Source: Coleofasciculaceae cyanobacterium SM2_1_6 (lineage in GTDB: Bacteria > Cyanobacteriota > Cyanobacteriia > Cyanobacteriales > JAAUUE01). Taken from it: a stretch of DNA of 40,745 nucleotides. Positions within the stretch are counted from its first letter, which is position 1. The number at the start of each line of letters is the position of its first letter. Shown one piece after another: positions 1-8,646 of this stretch. Where the stretch lies: positions 1 to 40,745 of the forward strand of contig JAAUUE010000002.1 in assembly GCA_012031635.1 (NCBI GenBank), in the 5' to 3' direction. Made by a program: the position numbers and the translations under genes. The notes beneath the pieces are model-generated. The model was not told the origin of the DNA. It searched no databases and saw only the letters and a list, made by a program, of their open reading frames with translations.

Positions 1-728
1 CCACTGGGGAAAATTCTCCTAGGGAAAATCCTATTAAAGAAAAAGAAAACCTAGAGCCTTTGCAAAAAAGTAACTGGAGTCGAGGCACTCAAGGCAGTTT
101 TATGTTTGCCATGATGATCGGCAATACCAGTTTTTTGGGTTTTCCTGTAGTGCTTTCCCTGATTGGACCGGAATATTTTCCTTGGGCTTTGTTTTATGAC
201 CTGAGTGGTGTGGTGATCCTAAATATTTTTGGGATTGCCCTTGCTACCTACTACGGAGACACAAAAAAACGGCGGGGCTGGGGCGGGACTTTGAAGGCAA
301 TCCTCCAAAATCCGGGGATTTGGGCTTTTATCTTTGGCTATTTTGTCTTTCGGACTTTGCCGCTACCAGAGCCAATAGACCAAGTAGTCAGGAATGGTGG
401 TTGGGTCGTTGTGACTTTATTTTTGATTATGATTGGCATCCAGCTCAGTAAACTCAGGACGCTGAAGAACTTGAAACAGGGTTTAACTTGTCTTGCCATC
501 AAAATGCTGCTGACTCCGTTGGTGGTGGGGACGGGATTGATGTTTTTTGAAGTGACGGGTCCTTTGCGTTTGTCGATGGTGTTGTTGATGGGGATGCCCC
601 CGGCGTTTAGTACGACTCTTTTGGCGGAAACCTATAAGCTCGATCGAGACCTTGCCGTCACCACGGTATTTCTGGGCTGTTTTACTCTCCTCTTCACCAT
701 TCCCATCTGGATGTGGCTATTTAAGTAG
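1..728 (+). CDS. AEC (auxin efflux carrier) family transporter, 5'-partial (reading frame open to the window edge)
   Basis: The frame of ORF 60..728 has no stop back to position 3. The product is multi-TM and hydrophobic, with an AEC-like GNTSFLGFP motif. These transporters are about 300 aa, so the N-terminus lies outside the window. Confidence 0.7.
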   Translation, partial: TGENSPRENPIKEKENLEPLQKSNWSRGTQGSFMFAMMIGNTSFLGFPVVLSLIGPEYFPWALFYDLSGVVILNIFGIALATYYGDTKKRRGWGGTLKAILQNPGIWAFIFGYFVFRTLPLPEPIDQVVRNGGWVVVTLFLIMIGIQLSKLRTLKNLKQGLTCLAIKMLLTPLVVGTGLMFFEVTGPLRLSMVLLMGMPPAFSTTLLAETYKLDRDLAVTTVFLGCFTLLFTIPIWMWLFK

Positions 729-1205
729 AAAATTTAGGCAAGGGCTGAATAGGGATGACAAGAAATTCTCTATATTCGAGCGCCCTCCTTGGCAGCACCG
801 AGGTTCTGGCAGATGGTGGTGGCGATCGTGTAGGATCATGCAGTGTTGTTGGGCAAGGTCGAGGTTGTCTCCTTTGCAGAGTTTCCTTTGTTTGTTTTAA
901 TAAATCAATCAATTCATCTTTAAGTTATAGTCATTGCCATAAAAGTTAAGACAAATTCGGCTACTTCGACGACGCTCAGCATAAATTCGACTTCGCTCAG
1001 CCAATGTATCGAGCCTTGTCCTAATTAGGCTGTCTAGCACTATAGATCGGCATCTCGTAAGATTTTTAGAGGCAAACCTTTCTCGATCGCTTTCTGGATA
1101 TGAATTAGGAACAGAAACAACTCGATTATCTTCCTGCCTGAGCAGGGCAAATGCACCTACTTCTTAACGTACTAAATATGGTGTAACTCAGCCCCAGATA
1201 GTACT

Positions 1206-1235
1206 AATTAGTGCAGATTAGTGCAGATTAGTGCA
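1206..1235. repeat. 10-bp tandem repeat ATTAGTGCAG x3
   Basis: Read directly: attagtgcag attagtgcag attagtgcag. Confidence 0.85.
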
Positions 1236-1407
1236 GAGGCTGCCCGAATTTTTGAAACGGTGTCGATCGAGCAGAGGCGAAAAATTGAGGCGTTACTTAG
1301 TCTAAAGTTGACCCAAGCTAATCGTGAAAAAGAACACTGGAAGAGATCATGAGTGACATCAGCCAAATGGCTCAGAAACGAGGTCTAACTCCAGAAATTT
1401 TGGATTC

Positions 1408-2390
1408 TATAGCAAGCGCCAAGGAGGTTAAGAAGCAAGGCATAATACATGCTCCATCGCATCTCTAAGACAATCAAACTGCTCTAGTTGTTTATGAATA
1501 CGACTCTTTAACCAGAACCAGCATTGCTCAATCTTATTGAAATCTGGGGAATAGGGCGGTAAGTATAGAATTCGACAACCAGCACTTTCAATTAGTTGTT
1601 GAATATTCCCACCCTTATGAAATCTGGCATTATCCATTATCACCACCTGTCCTACCCTTAAGTTTGGTACTAAGCAAGTTTCTAGCCAAGTCTCAAATAC
1701 AGTTCGATTACACGCTCATTCAATCGTAAAAGGGGCAAATAATTTCTTTTCACACAAAGCCGCTATCATGTTAACTCTTCCTTCCCGCTTTCCACTTCTT
1801 AGGGCATGAAATCGCTTCCCTTTCTCATTCCAACCATATTCATACTGCACTCGATTATCCATCCCTGACTCATCTAGATAAACTCTATCCTCTGCTGCTA
1901 CCTTTGATAACTCCTCTGTAAATTCTCTGCGCTTAACTTCATCTCGTTCCCGGTAGCCATAAGTTTTTTTTTTCGTGTAAATCCTATTTTTTTTAAGGCT
2001 CTACAGATTGTTCTCTCGCTGATCTCTCCCTCCCAAAGCTCCGCCATTTCTGCTTGAGTCTTCGACCCATATTCCTTGGCAAACTCTCGGAATTTATCTC
2101 AATCAGTAATTTTATGACCATTTCCCGATGGGTTATAGGGTTTTGCTTGACAATCTCCTGTGTCAGTTTGTCTTTTTAGCCACAGACTAATTTGTGTTGC
2201 AACTAATATTGAACATTTCACTAACTTCTGTAATCTTGAATCCGTCTAGGCTGATTGCTTCGATTACTTTTTTGCGAATATCATAGCTATAGGGTTTGGG
2301 CATCGTTAATGTTACTTTTGGTAATTAAATTACCCTACTTTACACCATAATTTTCTTCGTGACACCATAACCCCCTTGGCGATTGCTATA
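1408..2390 (-). mobile_element. IS630/Tc1-mariner family insertion sequence (decayed), with terminal inverted repeats and TA flanks
   Basis: The left end is TATAGCAAGCGCCAAGGAGGTT (1408-1429). The right end AACCCCCTTGGCGATTGCTATA (2369-2390) reverse-complements to TATAGCAATCGCCAAGGGGGTT, matching 20/22. Both ends carry TA, which fits IS630 TA target duplication. The ends enclose a DDE transposase reading frame. Confidence 0.8.
1428..2303 (-). pseudogene. IS630-family DDE transposase, disrupted by one frameshift and two in-frame TGA codons
   Basis: The minus-strand translation from the ATG at 2303 starts MPKPYSYDIRKKVIEAISLDGFKITEVSEMFNIS. A frameshift occurs in an A-run near 2170-2180, after which it reads LWLKRQTDTGDCQAK...GHKITD*DKFREF...FTIE*ACNRTVFETWLE...VIMDNARFHKGG...YLPPYSPDFNKIEQCW, a typical IS630 C-terminus. 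Confidence 0.8.
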
Positions 2391-2423
2391 CTAGTATTTT
2401 AATGAGTTAATGAGAGAATAAAA

Positions 2424-2615
2424 ATGTGGAAAGATGAAATCCTTGAGGAAATATATAAAATTCGAGAGGAACACGCAAAAGCTTTTAATTATGATCTGCA
2501 AGCCATATGTGATGATTTGCGGCGGCGGCAAACTGAGAGTGGCAGAAAACTCATTTCTACCCCCTTAAAATTATCTTCTCATCCTCGGCAAGATAAAGGT
2601 TTAGTGAGTTATTGA
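2424..2615 (+). CDS. small conserved hypothetical protein
   Basis: A 63-aa ORF with an ATG start and an A-rich leader, lying in a TA-rich islet. I can assign no domain. Confidence 0.4.
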   Translation: MWKDEILEEIYKIREEHAKAFNYDLQAICDDLRRRQTESGRKLISTPLKLSSHPRQDKGLVSY

Positions 2616-2649
2616 TAAACATCAATTGTTAGCCAAGGTTAGATAGAGT

Positions 2650-2898
2650 ATGAGCGTTATAATTTCTGATGATATCCTACAAGCATCTCAGCTTACCCCC
2701 GGCGAGTTCCGCCAAGAGATTGCCCTATACCTATTCCAAACAGGGCACTTAACTTTGGGTTATGCCAGTAAATTAGCAGAGATCCACACGAATGATTTTC
2801 GTCAACTCCTCAAACAAAGGAATATTCCTCTCTACGTCTATGATGTAGAGGATTTGGAATTAGATTTGAAAAATTTACGGGAGTTGGGGCGATTGTGA
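2650..2898 (+). CDS. UPF0175-family antitoxin-like protein
   Basis: The sequence ...EFRQEIALYLFQTGHLTLGYASKLAEIHTNDFRQLLKQRNIPL matches my recollection of the UPF0175 consensus (helix-turn-helix-like, ending in GIP). It is followed by a PIN/DUF3368-like remnant with a GTGA start/stop overlap. Confidence 0.7.
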   Translation: MSVIISDDILQASQLTPGEFRQEIALYLFQTGHLTLGYASKLAEIHTNDFRQLLKQRNIPLYVYDVEDLELDLKNLRELGRL

Positions 2899-2987
2899 TT
2901 GTTATCAGTGATACATCAATAATTGCTAGTCTGGCTGCTATTCAATATTTACAACTTCATTCTCTAGGTAGAGCGATGATATGTTAA
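2895..2987 (+). pseudogene. truncated PIN-like (DUF3368-type) toxin remnant, only 30 codons
   Basis: The GTG at 2895 overlaps the upstream stop. The translation VIVISDTSIIASLAAIQYLQLH... resembles the N-terminus of DUF3368 PIN proteins (xxVVSDTSPLxxL) and stops after 30 aa. Confidence 0.5.
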
Positions 2988-3009
2988 AGTTGGTCTAAAT
3001 TAAAGGTTT

Positions 3010-3354
3010 ATGAAGTTACCTTATGGAGATAGAGTTAGTTTAGAACAGATTATTTCTAAATTAGAGACTTACTCATTAAATGTTAATCATAGTAGTGGCA
3101 AGCATAAGGCTAGGTTATTTCAATCAAAGTTGGGAATTACTAAGCAGAACAGTTCGGTATTGATTACGGCTATTTGCAATGTGGCAACAACTTCTGAGGA
3201 AGTACAGTTTGCCAAGTCGGATGAATACGGCGATCGCTACATCATCATTTTTGACTTGGAAACAAATTTGGGTAAATCATCAATACTGAGTGCTTGGATT
3301 ATTCATCATGGAGAAACTTTTCCTAGATTGACTAGTATTTATCCGATTCGCTAA
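3010..3354 (+). CDS. DUF6883-like protein
   Basis: It shows the pattern KL..Y.L...H..GKHKARLF.S.LG... and C-terminal W.I..GE.FPRL.S.YP, as I recall for DUF6883. It is paired with a DUF4926-like gene 11 nt downstream. Confidence 0.6.
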   Translation: MKLPYGDRVSLEQIISKLETYSLNVNHSSGKHKARLFQSKLGITKQNSSVLITAICNVATTSEEVQFAKSDEYGDRYIIIFDLETNLGKSSILSAWIIHHGETFPRLTSIYPIR

Positions 3355-3365
3355 GGAGGCTCATT

Positions 3366-3617
3366 ATGAAAAAAATTAAGTTGCATGAAATGGTGGCTCT
3401 TAAGGAAGATATTCGGTCAATTCGTTTTTTAACAGAGATGCCTATTTTGCTAAGCCAAGGTCAGGTGGGGACAGTGATCGATGTGTTGGGTGGAGGGGAG
3501 GCGTATGAGGTGGAATTTGCGGATTTACAGGGTCAGGCTTATGCGGTGTTGGCTATTAAGGCAGAAAAACTGATGGTTTTACGCTACGAACCTGTTGATT
3601 TGTTGGGCGTAAATTGA
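3366..3617 (+). CDS. DUF4926-like protein
   Basis: An 83-aa small beta-rich protein (..VAL.EDI......GQVGTVIDVL..GEAYEVEF.D..G...AVLA), which matches my recollection of DUF4926. It has the RBS AGGAGG before its ATG. Confidence 0.6.
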   Translation: MKKIKLHEMVALKEDIRSIRFLTEMPILLSQGQVGTVIDVLGGGEAYEVEFADLQGQAYAVLAIKAEKLMVLRYEPVDLLGVN

Positions 3618-3766
3618 TTTTAATCTATTTCTTTTAACCCAGATTTTGCTTGCGATTTATACTTCTCTTCTGAATTAGGATGCAGTACCAGGTATGGTCA
3701 ACCCAGAACCCGCAGGGCTTCATGCCAAAGAACCCTTTAATAATTCTTGAAAAAATCTTGTAGTCT

Positions 3767-4471
3767 TTATATGCTACATTTTACAAGTCTCGATGCGAGA
3801 GGAGAGTTCCCAACCCCAAAATTAACCCAACCATAACCCAGTCCCAAGTCATCCCAGACCCGAAAAGGGAGGTGTCCCCTGGGTGCTCTCATTTCAAAAA
3901 TGAGTTCATTATAAGCTTTGTATTTATCGTTCTCTCGCCATCCTACTTGATCGTAGAGTTTTAACCAATCCTTGCCGAATTGGTTGTAAATTTCTTTCTG
4001 GACACTAAACCCAAAGCGTTGATTGCTATTTTGTAACCAGAGTTGGTTTATGGTGCGTAGATCTTGGCAGGGGAAATTCTCAATGGCTTTTACATCTAAC
4101 CAACCTTCTTTCTCTCGAAAAGACACGTACAGCATCATCCGATTTGTTTCTTCGTCTGCCTCTTGATACTTCTGAGCCACCAACAACTCTCTTAACTTTG
4201 TATAGTTTGCTCCTACTTCGCTTGCTAAACTTCCCCCACCCAAAGTATTGGGCGTGGCAGCAACGGCAGGGGAAGGAGAACTGGAAATACTGGAAGGCGG
4301 GCTTTGTTGACTTGACTGGTAGGCAGGGGAAGGAGAACTGGAAATATTGGAAGGCGAGTTTTGTTGACTTGACTGGTAGGCTTGCCAAGAAGTCCACGCT
4401 TGAATTGCCCCAGCAGCGGCGGCAACAACAGTAGCAATTATCCCAATGGTCTCAAGTCTTGTTTTATGCAC
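3767..4471 (-). CDS. GUN4-domain protein with an N-terminal TM helix and a Ser/Pro/Gln-rich duplicated linker
   Basis: The C-terminal part reads YTKLRELLVAQKYQEADEETNRMML...REKEGWLDVKAIENFPCQDLRTINQLWLQNSNQRFGFSVQKEIY, the GUN4-like domain signature. The N-terminus IGIIATVVAAAAGAIQAW is hydrophobic. Confidence 0.8.
   Translation of the reverse strand: MHKTRLETIGIIATVVAAAAGAIQAWTSWQAYQSSQQNSPSNISSSPSPAYQSSQQSPPSSISSSPSPAVAATPNTLGGGSLASEVGANYTKLRELLVAQKYQEADEETNRMMLYVSFREKEGWLDVKAIENFPCQDLRTINQLWLQNSNQRFGFSVQKEIYNQFGKDWLKLYDQVGWRENDKYKAYNELIFEMRAPRGHLPFRVWDDLGLGYGWVNFGVGNSPLASRLVKCSI
4264..4377. repeat. 57-bp tandem duplication inside the GUN4-domain gene (encodes AYQSSQQ(N)SP(S)(N/S)ISSSPSP twice)
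   Basis: GGCAGGGGAAGGAGAACTGGAAATA(C/T)TGGAAGGCG(G/A)G(C/T)TTTGTTGACTTGACTGGTA starts at 4264 and again at 4321. The period is 57 bp with about 3 mismatches. Confidence 0.9.
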
Positions 4472-4779
4472 AAGGATAAATTGAATTAGGAAATATTTGC
4501 CTCTAAGTGTAGCAAAGAAATTGAGAGGTTGTGGGGTTGGTTTCTATCTACTTCAGAACAGGGTTCAGCTTGTGAGTCTGGCAGAATTTCGTAGCCGTGG
4601 GTATTTTGGGTGGGGAAGGCGAGACAGGCAGCCCTTGCCACATGACCAAATTTCATGGCGATCGAACAGATCAATTTTGATTATCCAAGGGAATCTTGGG
4701 GCTGAGGGAGCGATCGATTTTCGTGCAGCTAGGTGACGCACTATAATATTTTCATATCCTAAATTCCTTGTAGGTTTCT

Positions 4780-4983
4780 ATGACTTCCCAGCAACTCGAA
4801 GCACATTCTCAACAACTTGAAGCCCGGATTGCAAATCTAGAGGCAGAATTGGCTCATATAAAACAATTGCTGACAGTACCCCTCCAGAGACAAGAACCTT
4901 GGTGGTTAAAAGTGGCAGGCAGTTTTGAGAACGATCCTACTTTTGAGGAAGCCACTCGCCTTGGACAGGAATGGCGTAAATAG
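4780..4983 (+). CDS. small coiled-coil hypothetical protein (cyanobacterial ...PWW.K.AG.F.NDP.F.EA.RLG.E.R family)
   Basis: A 67-aa ORF with a TATAAT box at 4741-4746 upstream. I remember the C-terminal motif from many cyanobacterial small proteins. Its function is unknown. Confidence 0.5.
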   Translation: MTSQQLEAHSQQLEARIANLEAELAHIKQLLTVPLQRQEPWWLKVAGSFENDPTFEEATRLGQEWRK

Positions 4984-5032
4984 ATGACTGGGCAAAAGGA
5001 TAAAAGTTAATAACAATAATATCCTTCGCAAT

Positions 5033-5509
5033 TTAGCTATCTTGAGGATTGGGAGCAGAGGGAGAGTTTTGGGATTTCTGGGACTTTTGGGCAGTTTCGT
5101 TTAACCATTGTTGGAGAATAATGGCGGCGGCTTTTCGATCGATCATTTCTTGGTGATCTAGCACTCTAATTCCCTGCGATCGCATCATCTCCTCGGCTTC
5201 GTAGGAAGTCAGGCTTTCATTTACATACTCGATCGGTAATTGCAGAGCCTTACCAATCCTTTTCGCCAGTTTTTGAATCTGCTCTGCCCCTGCACTCAAA
5301 GTGCCATCTAAATGGTAAGGTAAGCCGACAACCAAAATTTCTACTTCCCGTTCCTTGACCAATTTTTGCAAGGCAGCGATATCTGCCGGAAACGAAGTCC
5401 GCCTAATGGTCGTCAAACCTGTTGCCATCATCCCCAAGCCATCGCACCCTGCTACCCCAATGCGCCTTTTGCCCAGATCCAACCCCAGAGCCGCAACTCT
5501 TTTTTTCAT
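5033..5509 (-). CDS. ruvX: Holliday junction resolvase-like protein RuvX (YqgF family)
   Basis: The sequence ALGLDLGKRRIGVAGCD...EILVVGLPYHLDGTLS...A.RI......PIEYVNESLTS.EAE is a typical YqgF/RuvX pattern. Confidence 0.9.
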   Translation of the reverse strand: MKKRVAALGLDLGKRRIGVAGCDGLGMMATGLTTIRRTSFPADIAALQKLVKEREVEILVVGLPYHLDGTLSAGAEQIQKLAKRIGKALQLPIEYVNESLTSYEAEEMMRSQGIRVLDHQEMIDRKAAAIILQQWLNETAQKSQKSQNSPSAPNPQDS

Positions 5510-5572
5510 ATTTTATTTGCCTTTTAATTTATCTTTCTAATTTGCTTTAAACTTGCCATATTTGATAGTAAG

Positions 5573-5599
5573 TAAGGGTGCAAGGCTGTGTGCCTCTAC
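5573..5599. repeat. decayed copy of a ~28-bp palindromic dispersed repeat (GTAGGGGTGCAAGG|CCTTGCACCCCTAC type)
   Basis: GTAAGGGTGCAAGGCTGTGTGCCTCTAC here resembles TAGGGGTGCAAGGCTTTGCATCCTC at 37783-37808. Confidence 0.5.
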
Positions 5600-5698
5600 G
5601 ATCGACTTCTCAGACATCCTCTAAGTATTACTAAGAATGTAGAGATAACAAAACAGGCTCAAATAATTTTTATTTAGCTAAAACGTCTATTTTTTATC

Positions 5699-6757
5699 AT
5701 GCAGTTATACCCTCAACCCTCCTTCCTCAGATTATCACCACAATTTTTATCCCTAGATTCCTTGAGAACTTTGGCTTTGGGAGTTACCTTGGGAATTACC
5801 TTGGGAGTCTGGGATGGGCTTCGACCAATCCTTGCCGCCGATCCTGACCATGTACAACAACTTTTGACTACAGGTAGCTGTCCCGGTTGCGATCTCCGGG
5901 AGGCAAACTTGGCGAATATTCGATTACGCAATGCCAACCTCCAGAATGCAGATCTGCGAAATGCCGACCTCAGCTATGCCAACTTGGTAGATGCAAATTT
6001 CACTAGGGCAAACTTGACAGAGGCGGTGATGGTGGGGGCAAATCTGCGTCGATCGAACTTCCAAGCTGCCCAGATGCGCCTTGCTGACCTGAGTAATAGC
6101 AATTTAACCGGGACAAACTTTAACCGAGCCAACCTCGATACTGCTCAGCTACCGGGAGTGAATCTGACTGGAGCCAACCTCCGCCGGAGCTACCTAGGCG
6201 ACAGTAATCTGACTAGTGCCATCCTCCGCAATGTCCAAATGCCCAGAGCGATTCTGGCGGCTGCCAGTTTGGGGGGGGCAGACCTAGAAGGGGCAAATTT
6301 ACAGGGGAGTTCTCTCCGGGGCGCAGGGGTCGATCGAGCCAATCTCACCGGGGCAAACCTCCGCAATGCAGATTTAATTAATGCCAAATTTGCCAACACC
6401 AATTTTACCAATGCTGACCTCCGGAGAGCCAAACTTAACTTTGCCTATCTCCAGAGTACGAATTTCACTGGGGCAAACCTCGAAGGGGCGGACTTTCAAC
6501 GGGCGGACTTCCAGCGATCGATCCTCTCAGGAGCCAACCTCACCGCTGCCAACTTTGCCAATGCCAACCTGATCTTGAGCCGTTTAGATTATAGTAATCT
6601 CAGCTACAGTAACTTTACCAACGCTGACCTCCGGGGAGCCAATCTGATCGCTGCTAATTTGAGTAATGCCAACTTTAGCCGTGCTAACTTAATTGAAGCG
6701 AATCTAAGTAGTGCTAATCTAACTGATACTAATTTTACCGAGGCGAAGTTTAAGTAA
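5699..6757 (+). CDS. pentapeptide-repeat protein with an N-terminal hydrophobic/signal segment
   Basis: The A(D/N)LxX pentapeptide repeats run for about 290 aa (ANLRNADLSYANLVDANFTRANL...). Confidence 0.9.
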   Translation: MQLYPQPSFLRLSPQFLSLDSLRTLALGVTLGITLGVWDGLRPILAADPDHVQQLLTTGSCPGCDLREANLANIRLRNANLQNADLRNADLSYANLVDANFTRANLTEAVMVGANLRRSNFQAAQMRLADLSNSNLTGTNFNRANLDTAQLPGVNLTGANLRRSYLGDSNLTSAILRNVQMPRAILAAASLGGADLEGANLQGSSLRGAGVDRANLTGANLRNADLINAKFANTNFTNADLRRAKLNFAYLQSTNFTGANLEGADFQRADFQRSILSGANLTAANFANANLILSRLDYSNLSYSNFTNADLRGANLIAANLSNANFSRANLIEANLSSANLTDTNFTEAKFK

Positions 6758-6759
6758 TT

Positions 6760-8523
6760 ATGAGACAAGACATCCGCCGGACAAAAATCGTTGCTACCAT
6801 TGGGCCTGCTAGTAGTAGTCCAGAAGTCCTCAAAGCCATGATTGAAGCAGGGGCTACTACCCTCCGGCTTAATTTTTCCCACGGTACTCATGCCGACCAC
6901 GAACGGAGCATCCGCCTCATCCGTCAAATTTCCTTTGAACTCAATCAACCCGTAGGGATTTTACAGGACCTCCAAGGTCCAAAAATTCGTCTGGGGATCT
7001 TTGAAAAAGGTCCAATTACTCTCCAAAAGGGTGATCCCTTTATTTTGACCTCAGAGATGGTACCGGGAACCCAAGAAATTAGCTCTGTCACCTACGAACC
7101 CCTGGTGGAGGAAGTGCCAGTCGGAGCCAATATTCTTCTGGATGATGGCAAGGTGGAAATGCAAGTGGAGTCGATCGATCACCAAAAGCGGCAACTCCAT
7201 TGTCGGGTCGTGGTGGGGGGAGTCCTTTCCAATAATAAAGGGGTTAATTTCCCCGGTGTGTATCTCTCAATTCCGGCGTTGACGGCGAAAGATAAGCGAG
7301 ATCTGACCTTTGGGCTGGATCAAAATGTGGATTGGGTTGCCCTAAGTTTTGTCCGTAATCCCCAAGATGTTTTAGAAATCAAAGAACTGATCGACCACGC
7401 CGGAAAGCAGGTTCCTGTAATTGTCAAGATCGAGAAACACGAAGCGATTGAGGAAATGGAAGCGATCCTCTCCCTCAGTGACGGGGTCATGGTAGCCCGG
7501 GGCGACTTGGGAGTAGAACTGCCCGCCGAAGAAGTGCCGATTCTGCAAAAGCGCCTGATTGCGACTTCTAACCGCCTCGGCATTCCCGTCATTACCGCCA
7601 CCCAAATGCTCGATAGCATGGTTAGTTCTCCTCGCCCCACCAGAGCCGAAATTAGTGATGTGGCAAACGCTATCCTTGACGGTACTGATGCCGTGATGCT
7701 CTCCAATGAAGCTGCTGTGGGGAAATACCCCGTGGAAGCAGTGGCAACCATGGCTCGCATCGCCAACCGCATCGAACAAGAGAAAAACTTCCCCCGCCTC
7801 GATGATAGTCGCCGCAATATTACTAATGCGATTTCCCATGCCGTCGGTCAAATTGCCGAAAGCCTCGATGCTGCTGCTATTATCACCCTGACCAAAAGCG
7901 GAGCCACTGCCCGGAATGTCTCCAAGTTCCGTCCCTACACCCCAATTCTTGCTGTTACTCCCCATGTGGATGTCGCCCGGAGATTACAGCTAGTCTGGGG
8001 AGTGAAGCCTTTGATTGTCCTTGATTCTCAATCTACTGAGGAAGTTTTTGAAACGGCGATCAACCTAGCCCAAGAGAAAAAAATCCTCACCGGGGGCGAT
8101 CTGGTGGTGATGACGGCGGGGACTCTGCCCGGAGTTTCCGGTTCTACCAACTATTTGAAAGTAGATTTAGTCACGGCAGTGTTGGGCAAGGGTGTGGGTC
8201 TAGGCAACGGGGCAGTAAGTGGTCGCGCACGGGTAGCTCGGACAGCGATCGATACGGCAAACTTCCATGCTGGCGATATCCTTGTGGTGCAGACTACCAA
8301 TGCTGATTATGTGGAGGCAATCCGGAAGGCTGGCGGGATTATTACCGAAGATGAAAATGTTACCTGTCATGCGGCGGTAATTGGTTTAAGATTAGGAATA
8401 CCTGTCATTGTGGGGATGAAAGATGCTACAGAAATTATTCATAATGGTGGCATTCTTACCCTAGATGCTCAACGCGGGATAGTTTCTGCCGGAGCTACGA
8501 ACCCGAATGTTAGCAATATTTAA
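6760..8523 (+). CDS. pyk: pyruvate kinase with a C-terminal PEP-utilizer mobile domain
   Basis: The N-terminus reads RRTKIVATIGPAS...LRLNFSHG, followed by MVARGDLGVE and TQMLDSM. The C-terminal extension GRARVA...GDILVV.TTNADY......GGIITE.....HAAVIGLRLGIPVIVG is the swivelling domain. Confidence 0.95.
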   Translation: MRQDIRRTKIVATIGPASSSPEVLKAMIEAGATTLRLNFSHGTHADHERSIRLIRQISFELNQPVGILQDLQGPKIRLGIFEKGPITLQKGDPFILTSEMVPGTQEISSVTYEPLVEEVPVGANILLDDGKVEMQVESIDHQKRQLHCRVVVGGVLSNNKGVNFPGVYLSIPALTAKDKRDLTFGLDQNVDWVALSFVRNPQDVLEIKELIDHAGKQVPVIVKIEKHEAIEEMEAILSLSDGVMVARGDLGVELPAEEVPILQKRLIATSNRLGIPVITATQMLDSMVSSPRPTRAEISDVANAILDGTDAVMLSNEAAVGKYPVEAVATMARIANRIEQEKNFPRLDDSRRNITNAISHAVGQIAESLDAAAIITLTKSGATARNVSKFRPYTPILAVTPHVDVARRLQLVWGVKPLIVLDSQSTEEVFETAINLAQEKKILTGGDLVVMTAGTLPGVSGSTNYLKVDLVTAVLGKGVGLGNGAVSGRARVARTAIDTANFHAGDILVVQTTNADYVEAIRKAGGIITEDENVTCHAAVIGLRLGIPVIVGMKDATEIIHNGGILTLDAQRGIVSAGATNPNVSNI

Positions 8524-8646
8524 TATTTACTTATAATATTTACTTAATTCTGCCCTCGATCGCCATAGCTAATCTGCCGTAGCTAGTAATTCTAATAATT
8601 AGTTATCTAATTTATCTAGTTTTAATTATTTAATCTTTAGTTACCT

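Noticed and set aside
652-949. Overlapping ORFs downstream of the AEC transporter gene. I also considered a structured RNA or a PIN-like remnant (minus-frame ...LDLAQQHCMILHDR...).
   Set aside because: No start or RBS support was found, no riboswitch or sRNA signature that I recognise is present, and the PIN-like resemblance is too short and weak.
1428-2303. Programmed ribosomal frameshifting as an explanation for the split IS630 transposase.
   Set aside because: Besides the frameshift there are two in-frame TGA codons at conserved positions, so decay is the simpler explanation.
4080-4437. Three overlapping ORFs (70-105 aa) on both strands within the GUN4-domain gene.
   Set aside because: They are artefacts of the 57-bp tandem duplication. 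The GUN4-domain frame explains the region.
4497-4736. 79-aa plus-strand and 62-aa minus-strand ORFs in the gap between the GUN4-domain gene and the 4780 ORF.
   Set aside because: No motifs, no RBS and mutually overlapping frames. I treat the region as intergenic.
7320-7965. Long antisense ORFs inside pyk (165 and 197 aa). Similar shadow ORFs occur inside secA (27795-29907), purB (17617-18086), lysC, the ABC-F gene and the kinase (10315-10719).
   Set aside because: They overlap strongly supported conserved genes on the opposite strand, have low-complexity Arg/Ser/Ala-rich products and match no recognisable motifs.
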